Shown piece by piece: positions 1-14,053 of a stretch of DNA of 64,000 bases. Numbering within the stretch: the stretch's first letter is position 1; every line of letters starts with the position of its first letter. A program made the position numbers and the translations under genes. The stretch is taken from the NCBI GenBank assembly GCA_030390025.1, contig JASTWF010000138.1, positions 620,001 to 684,000 of the forward strand, in the 5' to 3' direction. The DNA is from Squalus acanthias. Taxonomy: Eukaryota. The notes under the pieces were generated by a model. It made no database searches. It worked only from the letters and a program-made list of their open reading frames with translations, and was not told where the DNA came from.

Positions 1-463
1 ACTTGAGGTGATCGAAAACTCGGTTGCCCATGTCCTAACTCGCACCAAGTCCCGTTCACCCATCACCCCTGTGCTCGCTGACCTACATTGGCTCCCAGTT
101 AAGCAACGCCTCGATTTCAAAATTCTCATCCTGAAGGAGATTACAGAGATAGGGACGGTCGAGGCCAAATCCCTCCATGACTTCGACTATCCATATCTGT
201 GTAATCTCATTCAGCCCCACAACAACCACCTCCCCCCGCCCCCGAGATAAATTCCCTACCTAAACCTCTCTGCCTCGCTACCTCTCCTTCCTCCTTTAAG
301 ACGCTCCTTAAAACCTACATCTTTGACCAAGCTTATAGTTACCTGCCCCAATATCTCCTTATGTGGCTCAGTGTCAAATTGTTTGTCTTTAATACTCCTG
401 TGAAGTGCCTTGGGACGTTTTACTACGCTAAAGGCGCTATATAAATACAAGTTGTTGTTGTTG
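1..463 (+). mobile_element. L2/CR1-group LINE 3' end
   Basis: ORF 8..250 contains ITPVLADLHWLPVKQRLDFKIL, a C-terminal LINE ORF2 motif; ends in a (gtt)n tail at ~451-463. Confidence 0.75.
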
Positions 464-589
464 TGGCTTTAAACAGATGAAACCATGTGGTGTGGAGCAA
501 ACATTGCAACATTTGGTAGTGAAATGGATTGATTCAGGACAGACAGCAGGGATTATTTCAGGAAAAGCACAGTGTGGTGAGAAAGGAAA

Positions 590-1090
590 TACAGTGGATG
601 TTGTGTAGAAGGATTGTCAAAAGGTGTTTGATAAGGTGCCGGACAGGAGGTTTGTTCATCAAACTAAGGCTCATGGTATTAAAGGGAGTGGGTCAGCGTG
701 GTTAGGAAGTGGGGTAAAAGGGCAGAAAACAGAGAGTTCTGAATAATGGATGTTCTTCAGACTGGAAGGATGTAAACAGCGGTGTCCCCCAGGGTCAGTG
801 TTAGGACCATTGCTCTTCTCAATATAGAGACATAATCTGGGCTTGGGTATATGGGGCAAGATAAAAATATCTAGATGACACCAAAAAGGGACTATGGCCA
901 AGTGTGAAAGGCCTGTCAGTGACTTCAGTGTGAATACACAAATTAGTAAATTGGACAGGGAGATGGCAGATGAAATGTAACGCTGAGAAATGTGAGGTGA
1001 TAGATTTAGGAGGAAGAAAACTGTAGGAAATGTGCATGAAATGGTAAAACTTTGAAAGGAGTAGAGGAGCAGAGAGGCTTAGGCATGTAA
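590..1090 (+). mobile_element. Degraded CR1 LINE RT fragment
   Basis: Decayed VDVVY/FDKVP, GVPQGSVLGP and KCEV motifs with stops and frameshifts. Confidence 0.65.
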
Positions 1091-1396
1091 CATTCTAGCT
1101 CACACCTTGGCCGGAATTTTACCGGCGCTCAGATTGCGGGTTTGGAGGCGGGTCAGCTGTCAAAATCAGAAAGCTTGAAAGCGGGTCGGTGTCCCGCTCT
1201 GAACCGCCTCCTTGTCAGTTTCCCAAGTGTCGGGTCTGTCATCCCTGAACAGACCCGACACCAAGCGGCGGGTCAGCCAATTTAGATACTTAAAAGCTTG
1301 TTAAAAGGCAGTTAAGAACCATTTTCCAATGTACTTACCATTTTGCCAGGTTTTTAATGAGGTTCCCGGAGAGCGGCTATCAAGTCAGGTAAGTAT

Positions 1397-3008
1397 TGAA
1401 CAACTTCTCCTTTGACTCTACCCATTTCCTCCAAATTAAAGGTGTTGCTATGGGTACCCGCATGGGTCCTAGCTATGCCTGCCTTTTCGTGGGATATGTG
1501 GAACACTCTTTGTTCCAGTCCTACTCGGGTCCCCTCCCTCACCTCTTTTTCCGGTACATTGATGACTGTATCGGTGCCGTCTCCTGCTCTCGCCCTGAAC
1601 TAGAACATTTCATTCACTATTCTTCCAATTTCCACCCTTCCCTCACCTTCACATGGTCCATCTCTGACTCTTCCCTTCCCTTCCTCGACTTCTCCATCTC
1701 CATCTCTTGGGATAGGTTATTGACTAACATTCACTACAAGCCCACTGACTCCCACAGCTACCTGGACTACACTTCCTCCCACCCCGCCTCCTGTAAGGAC
1801 TCTATTCCATTCTCCCAGTTTCTCCATCTCCGCCGCATCTGCTCTGATGATGCCACCTTCCATACCAGTGCTTCCGACATGTCTTCCTTTTTCCTCAACC
1901 GAGGATTCCCCTCTACCGTGGTCGACACGGGCCTCGACCGTGTCCGTTCTATCTCCCGCACTTCTGCCCTCACCCCTGCCCCTCCCTCCCGGAACCACGA
2001 TAGGGTTCCCCTTGTCCTCACCTTTCACCCCACCAGCCTCCACATTCAACGGATCATCCTCCGCCATTTCCGCCACCTCCAGCGTGATTCCACCACCAAA
2101 CGCATCTTCCCCTCACCTCCCCTTTCAGCATTCCGCAGGGACCGCTCCCTCCGCGACACCCTAGTCCACTCCTCTACCACCCCCAGCACCCCTTCCCCTT
2201 CGCCCAGCACCTTCCCGTGCACGCGCAGGAGATGCAACACATGCCCTTATACCTCCCCTCTTCCCACTGTCCAGGGCCCCAAACACCCCTTCCAGGTGAA
2301 ACAGCGATTTACTTGTACTTCCTGCAATTTAGTATACTGTATTCGCTGCTCACGTTGTGGTCTCCTCTACATTGGGGAGACCAAACGCAGATTGGGTGAC
2401 CGCTTTGCGGAACACCTCCGTTCAGTCCGTAAGGGGGACCCCGAGTTCCCGGTCGCCTGTCACTTTAATTCACCGCTTCACACCCACTCTGACCTCACCG
2501 TCCTCGTCCTATTACACTGTTCCACGGAAGCGCATCGTAAGCTCGAGGATCAGCACCTCATCTTTCGTTTAGGCACGCTACAGCCCTCTGGACTCAATAT
2601 CGAGTTCAACAATTTTAGATCATAACCTCAGCTCCAATCACATTTATATTTTATTTTTTCATCTACCCTTTTATTTGCCCCCCACCCCCCATTTTTTTTC
2701 CTCCTAGAAGCTGGCAGCTGTCCTTCATTCTGCCAGTGGATTTCACACTTCTTTCAGCCTTAACCTGTCACATTAACACCACCTCTTGCCTTGCATATCT
2801 CTTAATGTCTCTAAATGTCTCTTTATCTCCCCTTTTGTTCCTTTACCCCCTCCCCCTTTTCCCAGCTTTATCCTGGCCTTAAATCTATTTGATTTCCGGC
2901 TCTTTCCAGTTCTGACGAAAGGTCATCGACCTGAAACGTTAACTCTCTTTCTCTCTCCACGGATGTAGTCTGGCCTGCTAAGTTTTTCCAGCGTTTTCTG
3001 TTGTTATT
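1397..3008 (+). mobile_element. 5'-truncated Penelope-like retroelement (RT C-terminus plus GIY-YIG endonuclease)
   Basis: 409-aa ORF with GVAMG, RYIDD, CxxxxCxxC and NLVYCIRCSRCGLLYIGET; flanked by 12-bp direct repeat tcaggtaagtat (1385-1396, 3009-3020). Confidence 0.9.
2907..2944 (+). ncRNA. Minimal hammerhead ribozyme motif of the Penelope element
   Basis: agtt-CTGACGA-a-aggtc/atc/gacct-GAAA-cgtt-aact: core boxes, stem II and stem I all present. Confidence 0.6.
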
Positions 3009-4794
3009 TCAGGTAAGTATGTTGTGTTCTCAATGACTGTGAATTGCTGTGAACAGGTGACAGCTGCAAAAGTGGTATGAAACCTACCATTTCACAGCTG
3101 TTCACTTTCCAATCTTAGAAGCTGGAGCCTTCATGATTTGGAACCCACTTTTGAGCTTTATGCAGTTTGGAAGTGTTTGGAGTAAACTCTCTATCCAGTG
3201 TCACCTTCTTGGAACAAGCTCTCTCACCATTGACAGATTACTTCTGTCATCTCAACTTCAGCTGCATTCTATTTCAGTAGCATCGGTGCCCTTGAAAAAA
3301 TCTCACCTGTGTCCTCAGAATCCCACCACGATCAGCCCCAACACCAACATCACCAGGCACACCAGCACGACCAATAACAGCACCAACCTTCTCAGCAATC
3401 ACCTGATGCTGCACAGGACAAAGAGCATCAAAACCCGACTACGTTGCTGCCCGGGACGCCAGCGATGCCCCACCATGATTTACTTCACTTGACGCTATAC
3501 ACCCTGGCTGCCACAAGAAGAGCCAAGTTGGCACCACTTCACAACAGCACCATAAAGCATCCCAACAAAGTCCAAGCCATTCCTTTCACACTCATCACCA
3601 TTGCGGGGGGTGGGGCTACCCTTACACCGCGCCATTCACTGGAACGTACTAAGTCAAAGGTGCATACAAATCTTTCAAAGAACGTAAAGTGTTGTAAATA
3701 AAGACTTAAATTTTTGACAGAGCATTAGCAGAAACTACACATGAACATTGGCTAAACCACCCAAGTGCCAACCCTTGTGTGTTCTTAGTTGGTAGGATGA
3801 GGGCGAGTGTGAGGGGTGACTAGTGAGATGGGGAAGTGATAATGTAGATAGGGAGGGATGGGTGGAGGCACAAGGTAATTTGGTGTGAATAAGGATGTGC
3901 AGGTGTAGGGTAAGGAAGGCAGAGTGATGGGGCTGTGGTGAGTGGCACAGAAGGTTGAGGTTGAGTGTGGCTTGGCATTAACGTTTCGTGATCTACTGCG
4001 ATCATTGAAAAATTTGCACCACTGCAGCCAGGGAGTCATGACGACATACTTGCTTGTGCCCTCCTGTGCAATGTGCAACAAGGCTGCGTTGCTCTCCTGG
4101 TGAGGTCTCTTCCGCCCATTGAAAGGTAAGAGAACCTCCCCGCGTGCTGTGACTCCCTCCATAAGCACATGGAGGGAGTCATGGAAGAGCCTTGGTGCAG
4201 CCGTGCACTTTTGTGCAGTGCTTGTCAGTGTTTGCAACACCTGAATGCTAACAGCACAACTGTCAAAATGATTGTGGACGTCGTCCCTTTAAGGAAACCG
4301 CCAGATCACGTGTCATCAAATGACGTAATCAAACTCGCTTCCTTTTAATTGGCCGGGAACCTCGCAGGGCGGGATTAACAAGACCAATCGACGGAAAATT
4401 CTTCTCACAGAGCGGGATGGAGCCGGAAGCGGGGTCGCATCACGCCACCTACCTCGGTTTCATTAAGCCTGACACGGTAGGCAAAATCGCGGCCTCCGTG
4501 TGCGCTATTTTCAGTTGTTCCTCGTAACCAGATGTGAGTAAATGATCTCAGTGGACATTAGGACCCTGCGGCAGCCCATCCGGCGATGCTGTGAGGTCAC
4601 TGATCCAGGCTGTGTCACAAAATCAGTCTGACACGTAAAAGCTCAATAGAAAATACTGCAGGAAAAACAATCCATAACATTAAAAACTATGAGCAACTGG
4701 CACAGGACAACACAAGTGTGAATTAGTAAACTTTAACAGCACAGAGTTTGTCACTGAGTAGTGCAAAATGCAGTGCATATTGCTCACCTTTATA

Positions 4795-6430
4795 AGAACA
4801 TAAGAAAAAGAGCAGGAGTCGGCCATTTGTTCCCTCGAGCCTGCTCCGCCATTTAATGAGATCATGGCTGATCTGATCTTGGGCTCAGCTACATTTCCCT
4901 GCCCGCTCACCATAACCCTTCACTCCCTTATTGTTCAAAAATCTGTCTATCTCCACTTTGAATATATTCAATGACCCAGCCTCCACAGCTCTCTGGGTCA
5001 GAGAATTTCACAGATTTACGACCCTCTGAGAGAAGAAATTCCTCCTCATCTCAGTTTTAAATGGGCGACCTCTTATTCTGAAACTGTGCCCCCTAGTTCT
5101 AGATTCCCCCATGAGGTGAAACATCCTCTCTGCATCTACCCTATCGAGCCCCTCAGTATCTTATATGTTTCAATATGATCACCTCTCATTCTTCTAAACT
5201 CCAGTGAGTATAGACCCAACCTGCTCAACTTTTCTTCATAAATCAACCGCTTCATCTCAAGAATCAACCTCGTGAAACGTCTCTGAACTGCATTCAATGC
5301 AAATATATCCCTCCTTAAATAAGGAGACCAAAACTGTACGCAGTACTCCAAGTGTGGTCTCACCAATGCCCTGTACAGTTGTAGCAGGACCTCCCTGCTT
5401 TTATACTCCAACCCCCTTGCAATAAAGGCCAACATTCCATTTGCCTTCCTGATAATTTGCTGTAACTGCCTGCTAACGTTTTGTGTTTCACGCAGAAGGA
5501 CCCCCAGGTCCCTCTGAACTGTAGCATTTTGTAATCTCTCCATTTAAATAATAATTTGCTTTTTTATTTTTCCTACCAAAGTGGATAACCTCACACTTTT
5601 CCACATTATACTCCAATGTTTTCCCACTCACTTAGCCTGTCTATATCCCTTTGCAGATTATTTGTGTTCTGTACACAACTTGCTTTCCCACCTATCTTTG
5701 TATCATCAGCAAATTTGGCTACATTACACTCGGTCCCTTCATACAATTCATTAATATAGATTGTAAATAGTTGAGGCCCCAGCACTGATCCCTGTGGCAT
5801 CGAACTAGTTACCGTTTGCCACCCGGAAAATGACCCATTTATCCCGACTCTCTGCTATCTGTTAGTTAGCCAATTCTCTATCCATGCTAACATATTACCT
5901 ACAACTCCGTGAGTTCTTATCTTGTGCAATAACCTTTTATCTGGCACCTTATCGAATGCCTTCTTGAAAACCAAATACACCACATCCACTCGTTCCCCTT
6001 AATCCACCTTGCTCGTTACATCCTCAAAGAACTACAGCAAATTTGTCAAACATGATTTCCCTTTCATAAAATCATGCTAACTCTGCTTGACTGGATTATG
6101 ATTTTCTAAATGTCCTGCTACTGCTTCCTTAATAAAGGAATCCAGCATGTTCCCAATGACAGATGTTATGCTAACTGGTTTATAGTATCCTGCTTTCTGC
6201 CTCCCTCCGTTCTTAAATAGGGGCGTTACATTTGCTGTTTTCCAAGCAGCTGGGAACTCTCCAGATCCAGGAATTTTGGTAGATAGCAATCAATGCATCC
6301 ACTATCTCTGCAGCCACCTCTTTTAAGACCCGAGGAGGCAGGCCATCAGGTCCAGGGCACTAGTCCAACTTTAGTCCCATTATTTTACCGAGTACTTTTT
6401 CTTTAGTTATAGTGATTGCTTTAAGTTCCC
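4795..6430 (-). mobile_element. CR1 LINE (5'-truncated, frameshifted)
   Basis: ORFs with WKTANVTPLFK, PQGSVLGP..FADDTK and RPHLEYCVQFWSP; CR1 3' UTR with short-repeat tail. Confidence 0.9.
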
Positions 6431-6719
6431 CCCTCCCCATAGACCCTTGAGTATTTATTAGTAGTCCTGTTCCTCAATCCCAGTTCATCTCTGGGACATT
6501 GTTCCAAGATTCACCCCATCCTTTCAACACAAATATTACCGACAAAATAACAGATCAATTAGAAATTGCACGCAGCAGCTGATACCTATTAACAGGACTA
6601 AACAACTGCTTCCATCCAAAAAAGTATTGCATCCTGCCACCCACTCACATATATATCTTTATTTATATTAGTACCTATCTATCCATTTAACAGATAAATA
6701 GTCTAGAACAGTGATAGCT

Positions 6720-7530
6720 GAGACAGGGCCTAGTGTAATATAAACAGAGACAGGGTTCAGTATAATATAAACAGAGACAGTGTCTAGTGTAATATAAACA
6801 GAGACAGGGTCTAGTGTAATATAAACAGAGACAGGGTCTCGTGTAATATAAACAGAAACAGTGTCTAGTGTAATATAAACAGAGACAGGGCCTAGTGTAA
6901 TATAAACAGAGACAGGTCCAAGTGTAATATAAACAGAGACAGGGTTTAGTGTAATATAAACAGAGACAGTGTCTAGTGTAATATAAAAAGAGACAGGGTC
7001 TAGTGTAATATAAACAGAGACAGGGTCTAGTGTAATATAAACAGAGACAGGGCCTAGTGTAATATAAACAGAGACAGGTCCAAGTGTAATATAAACAGAG
7101 ACAGGGTCTAGTGTAATATAAACAGAGACAGGGTCTAGTGTAATATAAACAGAGACAGGGTCTAGTGTAATGTAAACAGAGACAGGGTCTAGTGTAATAT
7201 AAACAGAGACAGGGTATAGTGTAATATAAACAGTGACAGAGTCTAGTGTAATATAAACAGAGACAGGGTCTAGTGTAATATAAACAGTGACAGAGTCTAG
7301 TGTAATATAAACAGAAACAGGGCCTAGTGTAATATAAACAGAGACAGGGTTTAGTGTAATATAAACAGAGAGATGGCCTAGTGTAATATAAACAGAGACA
7401 GGGCCCAGTGTAATATAAACAGGGACAGGTTCTAGTGCAGTTATAATTGAGGCAGGCTGTAATGTAATAAAAATAGAGACAGGGCCTAGTGTAATATAAA
7501 TAGGGACAGGTTGCAGCGTAGTCATAACTG
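6720..7530. repeat. 27-bp minisatellite (gtctagtgtaatataaacagagacagg)n
   Basis: About 30 tandem units; the ORFs here are 9-aa periodic artefacts. Confidence 0.95.
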
Positions 7531-8209
7531 AGGCAGCACCTGTTCAGTGTGATGTAAACAATCGAGTTTCGCTGCCACCTGGTGACCAAGGTTTGCCATT
7601 GCTCCTATTGGGAAAATGATGATGTCAGTTACTGTTTCTGATATTAATTTATCAAGAAACACCCTGCATTGATGTATCACCTCATGACATTCTGCGGGAG
7701 CTCCCAAAGGCTTTAAAGTGCAACTAATTACAGGTGAACGTAGCCGATTCGCGCTCAGAAAGATCAGCAAAAGAGCAAAGTGGCTCGATTCCTGTTAATT
7801 TATTTCTGTTGAACTTGGTTGAAGCGAGGAATGTTGTCCCGGAAAACTGTGGGGCCCTGGGAGCTTTAATGTCCACCTCAACAGACAAGGTGTGGCGGGC
7901 GGGGAGAGATTATTGGTTTGGAAAGGTCGTTCCTTTTCAGAGCTGCACCGATTGGACACCTAGTTAATGTGCTCAGGTGCTGAAGTTGAGGTGAAGTCCA
8001 CAATCTACTGATTCTGAAACCAGAATAAAGTCACTTTAGCCAAGCTGTTACTAAAATGCTTAATGCGCTCAGGTGATATATTATATCCAGTATTTTGAAA
8101 TAACATCGGTTATTACCGTTGCCATTAAGCATCCACAGCCTAATATCACAAATAGTAACTTCAAGATTTCAATTACAAAACTTTTGATTAATGCAATTGA
8201 AATTCACAG

Positions 8210-8725
8210 AATCATGGGATCTTACGGCACAGAAGGAGGCCACTCGGCCCATCGTGCCTGTGCCTATTACAGCTCTTTGAATGAGTAAAACCAATTAGTT
8301 CCACTCGCCTGTTCTATCTACAAAGCCCTGCGAATGTTTCCTTTCAAGTATTTATCCAATTCCCTTTTGAAAGATACTGTGGAATCTGCTTCCGCGACCC
8401 TTTTAGGCAGTGCAATCCAGATCATAAAAACTCGCTGCGTAAAAAAATCTCCTCATATCCCCGCTGTTTTTTTGCCAATTATCTTAAATCTGTAACCCCT
8501 GGTTACCGACACTTCTGCCAGAGGAAACAATATCTCACTATCAACTCTATCAAAAAAGTCATGATTTTGAACACCTCTATTAAACTCCCTTTAACTTCAT
8601 CTGCTCTAAGGAGAACAACCCCAGCTTCTCCAGTCTCTCCACATAACTGAAGTCCCTCATCCCTGGTATAATTCTAGTAAATCTCCTCTGCACCCTCTCC
8701 AAGACTTTCACATCCCTCCTAATGT
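8210..8725 (-). mobile_element. CR1 LINE 3' fragment
   Basis: Similar to the 3' ends of other CR1 copies in the window. Confidence 0.7.
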
Positions 8726-10689
8726 GTGGATTGAAATAAATTCAATCTTTATTTCTCCTTCAGCTTAATTCTAAGGATACATGTTCTCTTAAAATTGGAC
8801 TGAGCAGTAATCTGAGTATGATCAATATTGATAGCAATGTTATGACTTGTTCTGACAGTGCTGACAGTGACTTGTGTGCACAGCAACATCGGCCTCTGCA
8901 TGATTCATGTTTCAATAAGATCACTGTCGGCACCTGTTGATGAACACCATCTACTACAGGCTCCTGAGTTTATTAAACATGATTCATAATCCAGCATTTA
9001 CAGAGTTACGTTCACCCAGAGGAGTTTCTTATTCTTACTGATACCAGATTATTCATTTCCAACTTTTAAAAATCTGAATTGAAATGCCATGGTGGGATGT
9101 TAATTGATTAATTATTAGCCCAGGCCTCGGGATTGCTAATCCAGTAACATTACCAATACATTACTGCATCCTTTTATATTTTCTGCCTCGGCCAGTCAAT
9201 GTGGCAAAGTATTCCAATGCTCCAACAACCCCCTAATACAGAAATCTCCTGACCTCTCTCTTTCTTATTGACAATTTTAATTTGGCGAAGTTTTGCTTAC
9301 AGACTCCTCAATCAGAGGAATCAGACTTTCCTTCTTCCCACCAGTAAAACTCTTTTACAATTAAGAAAAACTCGATTCGATCCCTTAGCCTTTGAAAAAT
9401 ATGATGAAGGCCGACAGTATTGAGAAATATCATTTGTTTAGTAATATGATTTCCTGGGAAATAACAATGGGTCCGGAAATCTCTCTCCTTCCATCTGTCA
9501 TTATTTCTGTTAGTTGGCGCAGAGACAGTTTGTTACTCCAGATTGTGGGGTATTGAGCGGGAATGGGAACTGTACACAAACCACATTATTAATCCCTGGA
9601 TTATGGGAGAGCGCCTCTTGTACAAGGGGGAGAGGTTCAATCAGGAATCAGTCACCTCGGAGCCATTCGCCGAAAATCACATTACCAAAAATAACAATTC
9701 ATTTTAAAGCACTTTGGGACATTAAGAAAGGGGTTGAAGCTATACATTTGGACCAGAAAATTACATGGATAAGTAATTTCTAAATATGGCCATAATAGCA
9801 CCTTATTCCAGTCTATATATCCCTGCACCAGTTCTCCACGAACCTAAACAAGTCGCTCAAAAACTTCTGAGAAATAAGAGTCTGTTTTAACCTCATGTCA
9901 TAGAACATTGAGTCTATAATCTTGTCCAAAATTATCATTCAAATCACCATATTCAGCAACTTCACTGACCCAGCTCTGTCTGCATGAAGTACCATGACCA
10001 CTCTAACCATATATCTACATCACAGTGGCCCCATCAACCTGAGCACATCTCAGTGATGTACTGACCTTACCCGCCCAACTGGTGAACAATACATTCAGTG
10101 TATGAATGGACTGAATGGAAAGGCTCTGGGGAGTGCGGTTAAAGGAGTTAAGGGTATTTCAATTTGCAACCACAATGTCCAAAACCCACGGGACATATTT
10201 CACTGCGGCAATGACTTACAATGACTATATGGTGGTAAAGAAAGTCAGAGTTGATGCTCCTTTTATCCGTGTGTTCAGAATGGTGTGACTGCACCAGTCT
10301 CACAGAGGAGCAAGGATTTAGGTAGCGAAGGGGAAAAATTATGTACACATTGATCTGCTATATTTCCGCATTGATTGAAGTAATTCGGGTGAGGATATAT
10401 TGAGTGCTTTGTTGTACATGAAAGGGCCACATGTTCCAAATATTACACTTGTCTCTTCTCAACCCAGACATGTGCTCGCTTTATATCTTTGAGATGGAGA
10501 TTCCCCATCACCACAGAAGGACCATCGGTACCGTGTGGATACCTTCAGGCTTCTGTTCGTGATGTTCAGCTCGGTAGAAATGGACACTATGGAGTGAAAT
10601 GATACAGAAAATCAGAAAGGACTGGAGGCGCCAATACTAACACAAATGTAAAGGGATTGCCTCGTGTTAGGAAGTAGAGACTCACAAAG

Positions 10690-10860
10690 ATGAGAATGTA
10701 GATATACACTTGAGCTACAGGGGAGTCAAGGGTTATGGGGAGCTAGCGGGAAAGTGGCGTTGAGGCCAAGATCAGATCTGCCATAATCTTATTGAATGGC
10801 GGGGCAGGCTCGAAGGGCCGAATGGCCTACTCCTGCGCCTATTTCTTATGTTCTTATGTT
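10690..10860 (+). mobile_element. CR1 3' UTR fragment
   Basis: gaatggcggggcaggctcgaagggccgaatggcctactcc followed by a ttcttatg tail. Confidence 0.7.
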
Positions 10861-12878
10861 CTAACAGCAACTTTCAGGCCCATCCATCCATCCATTCATC
10901 AATCCATTAATCCGTTCATCGACCCATTACTAAAAATTCAGACATCTAACAATCCATATATTCCTGCATCGCTACATCCATCTATTCATCCATGCAAACA
11001 CGCATACTTATTTATTTCAGAATGTATCCTCTCTCTGAGGTCCTCTGTGTNNNNNNNNNNNNNNNNNNNNNNNNNNNNNNNNNNNNNNNNNNNNNNNNNN
11101 NNNNNNNNNNNNNNNNNNNNNNNNNNNNNNNNNNNNNNNNNNNNNNNNNNNNNNNNNNNNNNNNNNNNNNNNNNNNNNNNNNNNNNNNNNNNNNNNNNNN
11201 NNNNNNNNNNNNNNNNNNNNNNNNNNNNNTGTGCTGGACAGACCCTCCAGCTGACTGCTGCTGCTGACAGGATGTCTCAGATACTGGATATATTTCCTAT
11301 CCTGAGAGATGGGAACAGTTACACACAGTTACACAACTAAATAATTAAATTGACTCCAGTACTGTTGCTGGGCAGATTTGTTTATCAATAGGCCTCACTC
11401 ACAATGTTAAGGGTTTGAAGTTGGCTTTCAGCCAAGCAGTCAGTAGTGAGGAAACAGATCTTTGATTCACTGCACAGAACCCCCAGATGCTTCCTGTAAA
11501 TGACATTGGGTGTTCGAGCCTCACTGACGGTAGTCGGCTGGGCTGCTGCCAAATATGGTGTGGGGCAGATTGGCGTAAATATGAATTGGGAAACAGGATG
11601 GGATTTAACTATTTGAACATTAAATTATTCTGCACCGCTGTCAGAAGAAAGAAACATTTTACATGATATAACATCTAAAGGATGATTTTCGGTAAATTCC
11701 TTGCTCACAATATTATAAAATAGGAGCAGAAAAAGTAAATTGATCCACATGCTAATTAATTAAAAAAAATCCTAATAAAGATAATTCAGTCGGTTTATTC
11801 AGCACTGCACGAAGTGCTGGAGAGAGATTTTAATGACCTCACACCCACACTGTAATGAGATCAGTGGGAATCGCAAAGTAAATAAAACAATCGGTGGAAT
11901 TGCCTCGAACCCGCTGCACATCCTTGAATATTCTCAGAGTTGTGAGCCTGATTGAAACTAAGGGCTCCCTTATTACCGATTAGCAGCCGAGCACTGTGCA
12001 GTTTAATTTTGCTGATTTTAATTCCTAAACAAGCCCTCTCAGAGCCCGGCTACCAATGGGCAGAGAAATGCCCAGTTTGTGGTCTGTTTTAGCGGGAGAT
12101 GAAGCATTTATTCTTGCGATATTCTGCAACATACCGCTATGTTCTGATATATTGTGTTCCTGATACCAGTGTATGTTACACAGTCGGTCGATATTAAAGT
12201 TTGCTGCAGGATTTGGATGTCGGGGTTTGCTGATCGTATTATCAGTTCTGATTCACCAGCTTCTCTTTTTCAAAAGTTTATCTGAAGCGGGCGGGCCCCA
12301 AAATTCTTATGTTTCTCTGTCAGCTCACTCCTTATTTATCAGGCAAGCGGACCAATTTTACAGCTAATTTTCAAAGGACTGGGTCACAGACTCAGGGGCA
12401 GTTAGAGAGATGCAATCAGAGACATTTGTATAATGTGAGGGCTTTCTACTCATCTCCGGACCCAAATCGTGCAGCTATAGCCATCCACATTGTAAATAGA
12501 ATCACATTACCCATCTCCCGCATTCAGTTACATAAATCAATAACAATTCACATTATAGGTCGTACTGTACTGGTACAGAGTGCGGGGATAGATAGCGAGA
12601 GATAGAGAAACACGTACTGGAGGTAATTTAGACCCCAATAATGTAATTTCAGCTTAGAGATTCACATCCCCTCTGAAAGAGTGTGGAAATAAAAGGATTT
12701 AATTTACAATCCACGATGTAATTAATTATTACTAAACACACTCTCGACAGCAATATCACCATTTAGTACCAAATAACATATTGCATTGTAACCATACAGA
12801 CAAATAACTATCCCTCGATACAGATACAGGGACGACCTTTAACAATAAACTAGTCTAAAGATATAAGTCCATCCTGTT

Positions 12879-12974
12879 GGTGATGTGGAAGGTGTGACGT
12901 GGATCCAGTAGCCGCCTCTATCAGGGAATCAATAGGCGGCGCCTGTAACCTCGCCCCTTCTACCGGGTATTTAA
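12879..12974 (+). promoter_or_regulatory. Putative IgM VH promoter (CRE-like element plus TATA-like box, no octamer seen)
   Basis: tgacgt at 12895-12900 and tatttaa at 12968-12974, about 95 bp upstream of the ATG. Confidence 0.45.
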
Positions 12975-13066
12975 CTGTCGGTCACTGGGACCGCAATACA
13001 ACAGTCCGGGAGCGGGTTTGCTCAGTGAGTTCTTGTCGGAACCATTTCCCACACATTGCCAGGAGG

Positions 13067-13544
13067 ATGAGGTCGGCGATTTCTCTCAGTCTGTTGCTGG
13101 CTTTCTTGTCCGGTGAGTAGTTTTTATTGTCCAAGTCTCTCACTGTTACTGTCTCAGTGTTAGTCTCTCTCTGGAATGTTACAGAGTCAGGAATCATTTC
13201 TCCAGGATTAATCCTCGGGGTTTTTGATTGTTTTTACAGGTGTCCAGTCGGATGTCGTGTTGACTCAGCCAGAGGCAGAGACCAGGAGTCCCGGAGGCTC
13301 CCTGAGACTGACCTGTAAAACCAACGGGTTCACTCTTGGCAGCTACTGGATGGGCTGGGTCCGACAGGTCCCCGGACAGGGGCTGGAGTGGCTGGTTCTG
13401 TACCTCAGTTCATCGTACAAGTTTTCCGCCCCAGGGATTGAGAGCCGATTTACTGCGTCCAAAGACACTTCAAACAACATCTTCGCTTTGGACATGAAGA
13501 ACCTGAGGACCGAAGACACCGCCATCTATTACTGTGCAGGATAC
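13067..13544 (+). CDS. IGHV: IgM heavy-chain V segment: leader exon 13067-13112, V exon 13240-13544; intact
   Basis: [55 protein letters not shown]; GT-AG phase-1 intron. Confidence 0.95.
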
Positions 13545-13583
13545 CACAGCGAGAGGAACCAGGGCTGGACCCGTACAAGAACA
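13545..13583 (+). other. VH 23-RSS
   Basis: cacagcg-23bp-acaagaaca. Confidence 0.9.
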
Positions 13584-13973
13584 GAACGAGGGGTCATTCA
13601 ACAACTTCCATCATAATCTGACGGTCAGTAATTGTATTAAATGCGATCTTAACAGCATTGCTGAGAACCAGACCACACGCCGCTACTTACTGAATTAACA
13701 CACTGAAAATTCAATGGTAAAAATCTAGCACAGTAACCGATGTCCTGAGGAGAGGTTTTGGCTGTGCTCATGTTTACTGTTCACAGTGTCAGCAATGGCA
13801 GAGCTGGAGTTAATGCTCGTTTCAATATGATTGATACCGGGAGGGAGTTGGTTGGGACTGTGTTCACTTTCTATTGTGTGGTTTAAACTGTTGGATAAAT
13901 TCTAAACTAGATCAGAAGTGAATGTCTATTTGAGGTGAATGTTGAGAGGCGGCACTGAACAGGGAGTGTGTGC

Positions 13974-14053
13974 AGTATTTGTGCGGGTTCCTGTCACTGT
14001 GGTACAACAGGGGGTCACGGTGCTGTACAGAGCGAGCTCCTCATACAAAAACC
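13974..14053 (+). other. IGHD: IgH D1 segment (14002-14015, gtacaacagggggt) with 5' 12-RSS and 3' 22-RSS
   Basis: agtatttgt-12-cactgtg | D | cacggtg-22-acaaaaacc. Confidence 0.9.

Larger units (their letters stand above)
1109..4494 (-). mobile_element. Degenerate PIF/Harbinger-like DNA transposon with a nested Penelope insertion
   Basis: Imperfect TIRs ggccggaattttacc (1109) and revcomp ggccgcgattttgcc (4480-4494), 12/15 match; minus ORF 3785..4240 resembles a decayed Myb/SANT-like protein (APRLF..LHVLMEGV..WCKFFND). Confidence 0.5.

Noticed and set aside
6668-7589. Long 285-aa and 300-aa ORFs with Cys/Tyr or Val/Thr periodicity
   Set aside because: Translation artefacts of a 27-bp tandem repeat; not a CRISPR array because there are no unique spacers
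10792-11340. ORFs spanning N runs (also 46302-46888)
   Set aside because: Artefacts of assembly gaps
13754-13820. Possible fossil signal joint or vestigial D (ggttttggc-12-tactgtt|cacagtg) between VH and D1
   Set aside because: The left heptamer lacks the essential terminal GTG, and there is no nonamer 12 or 23 bp to the right
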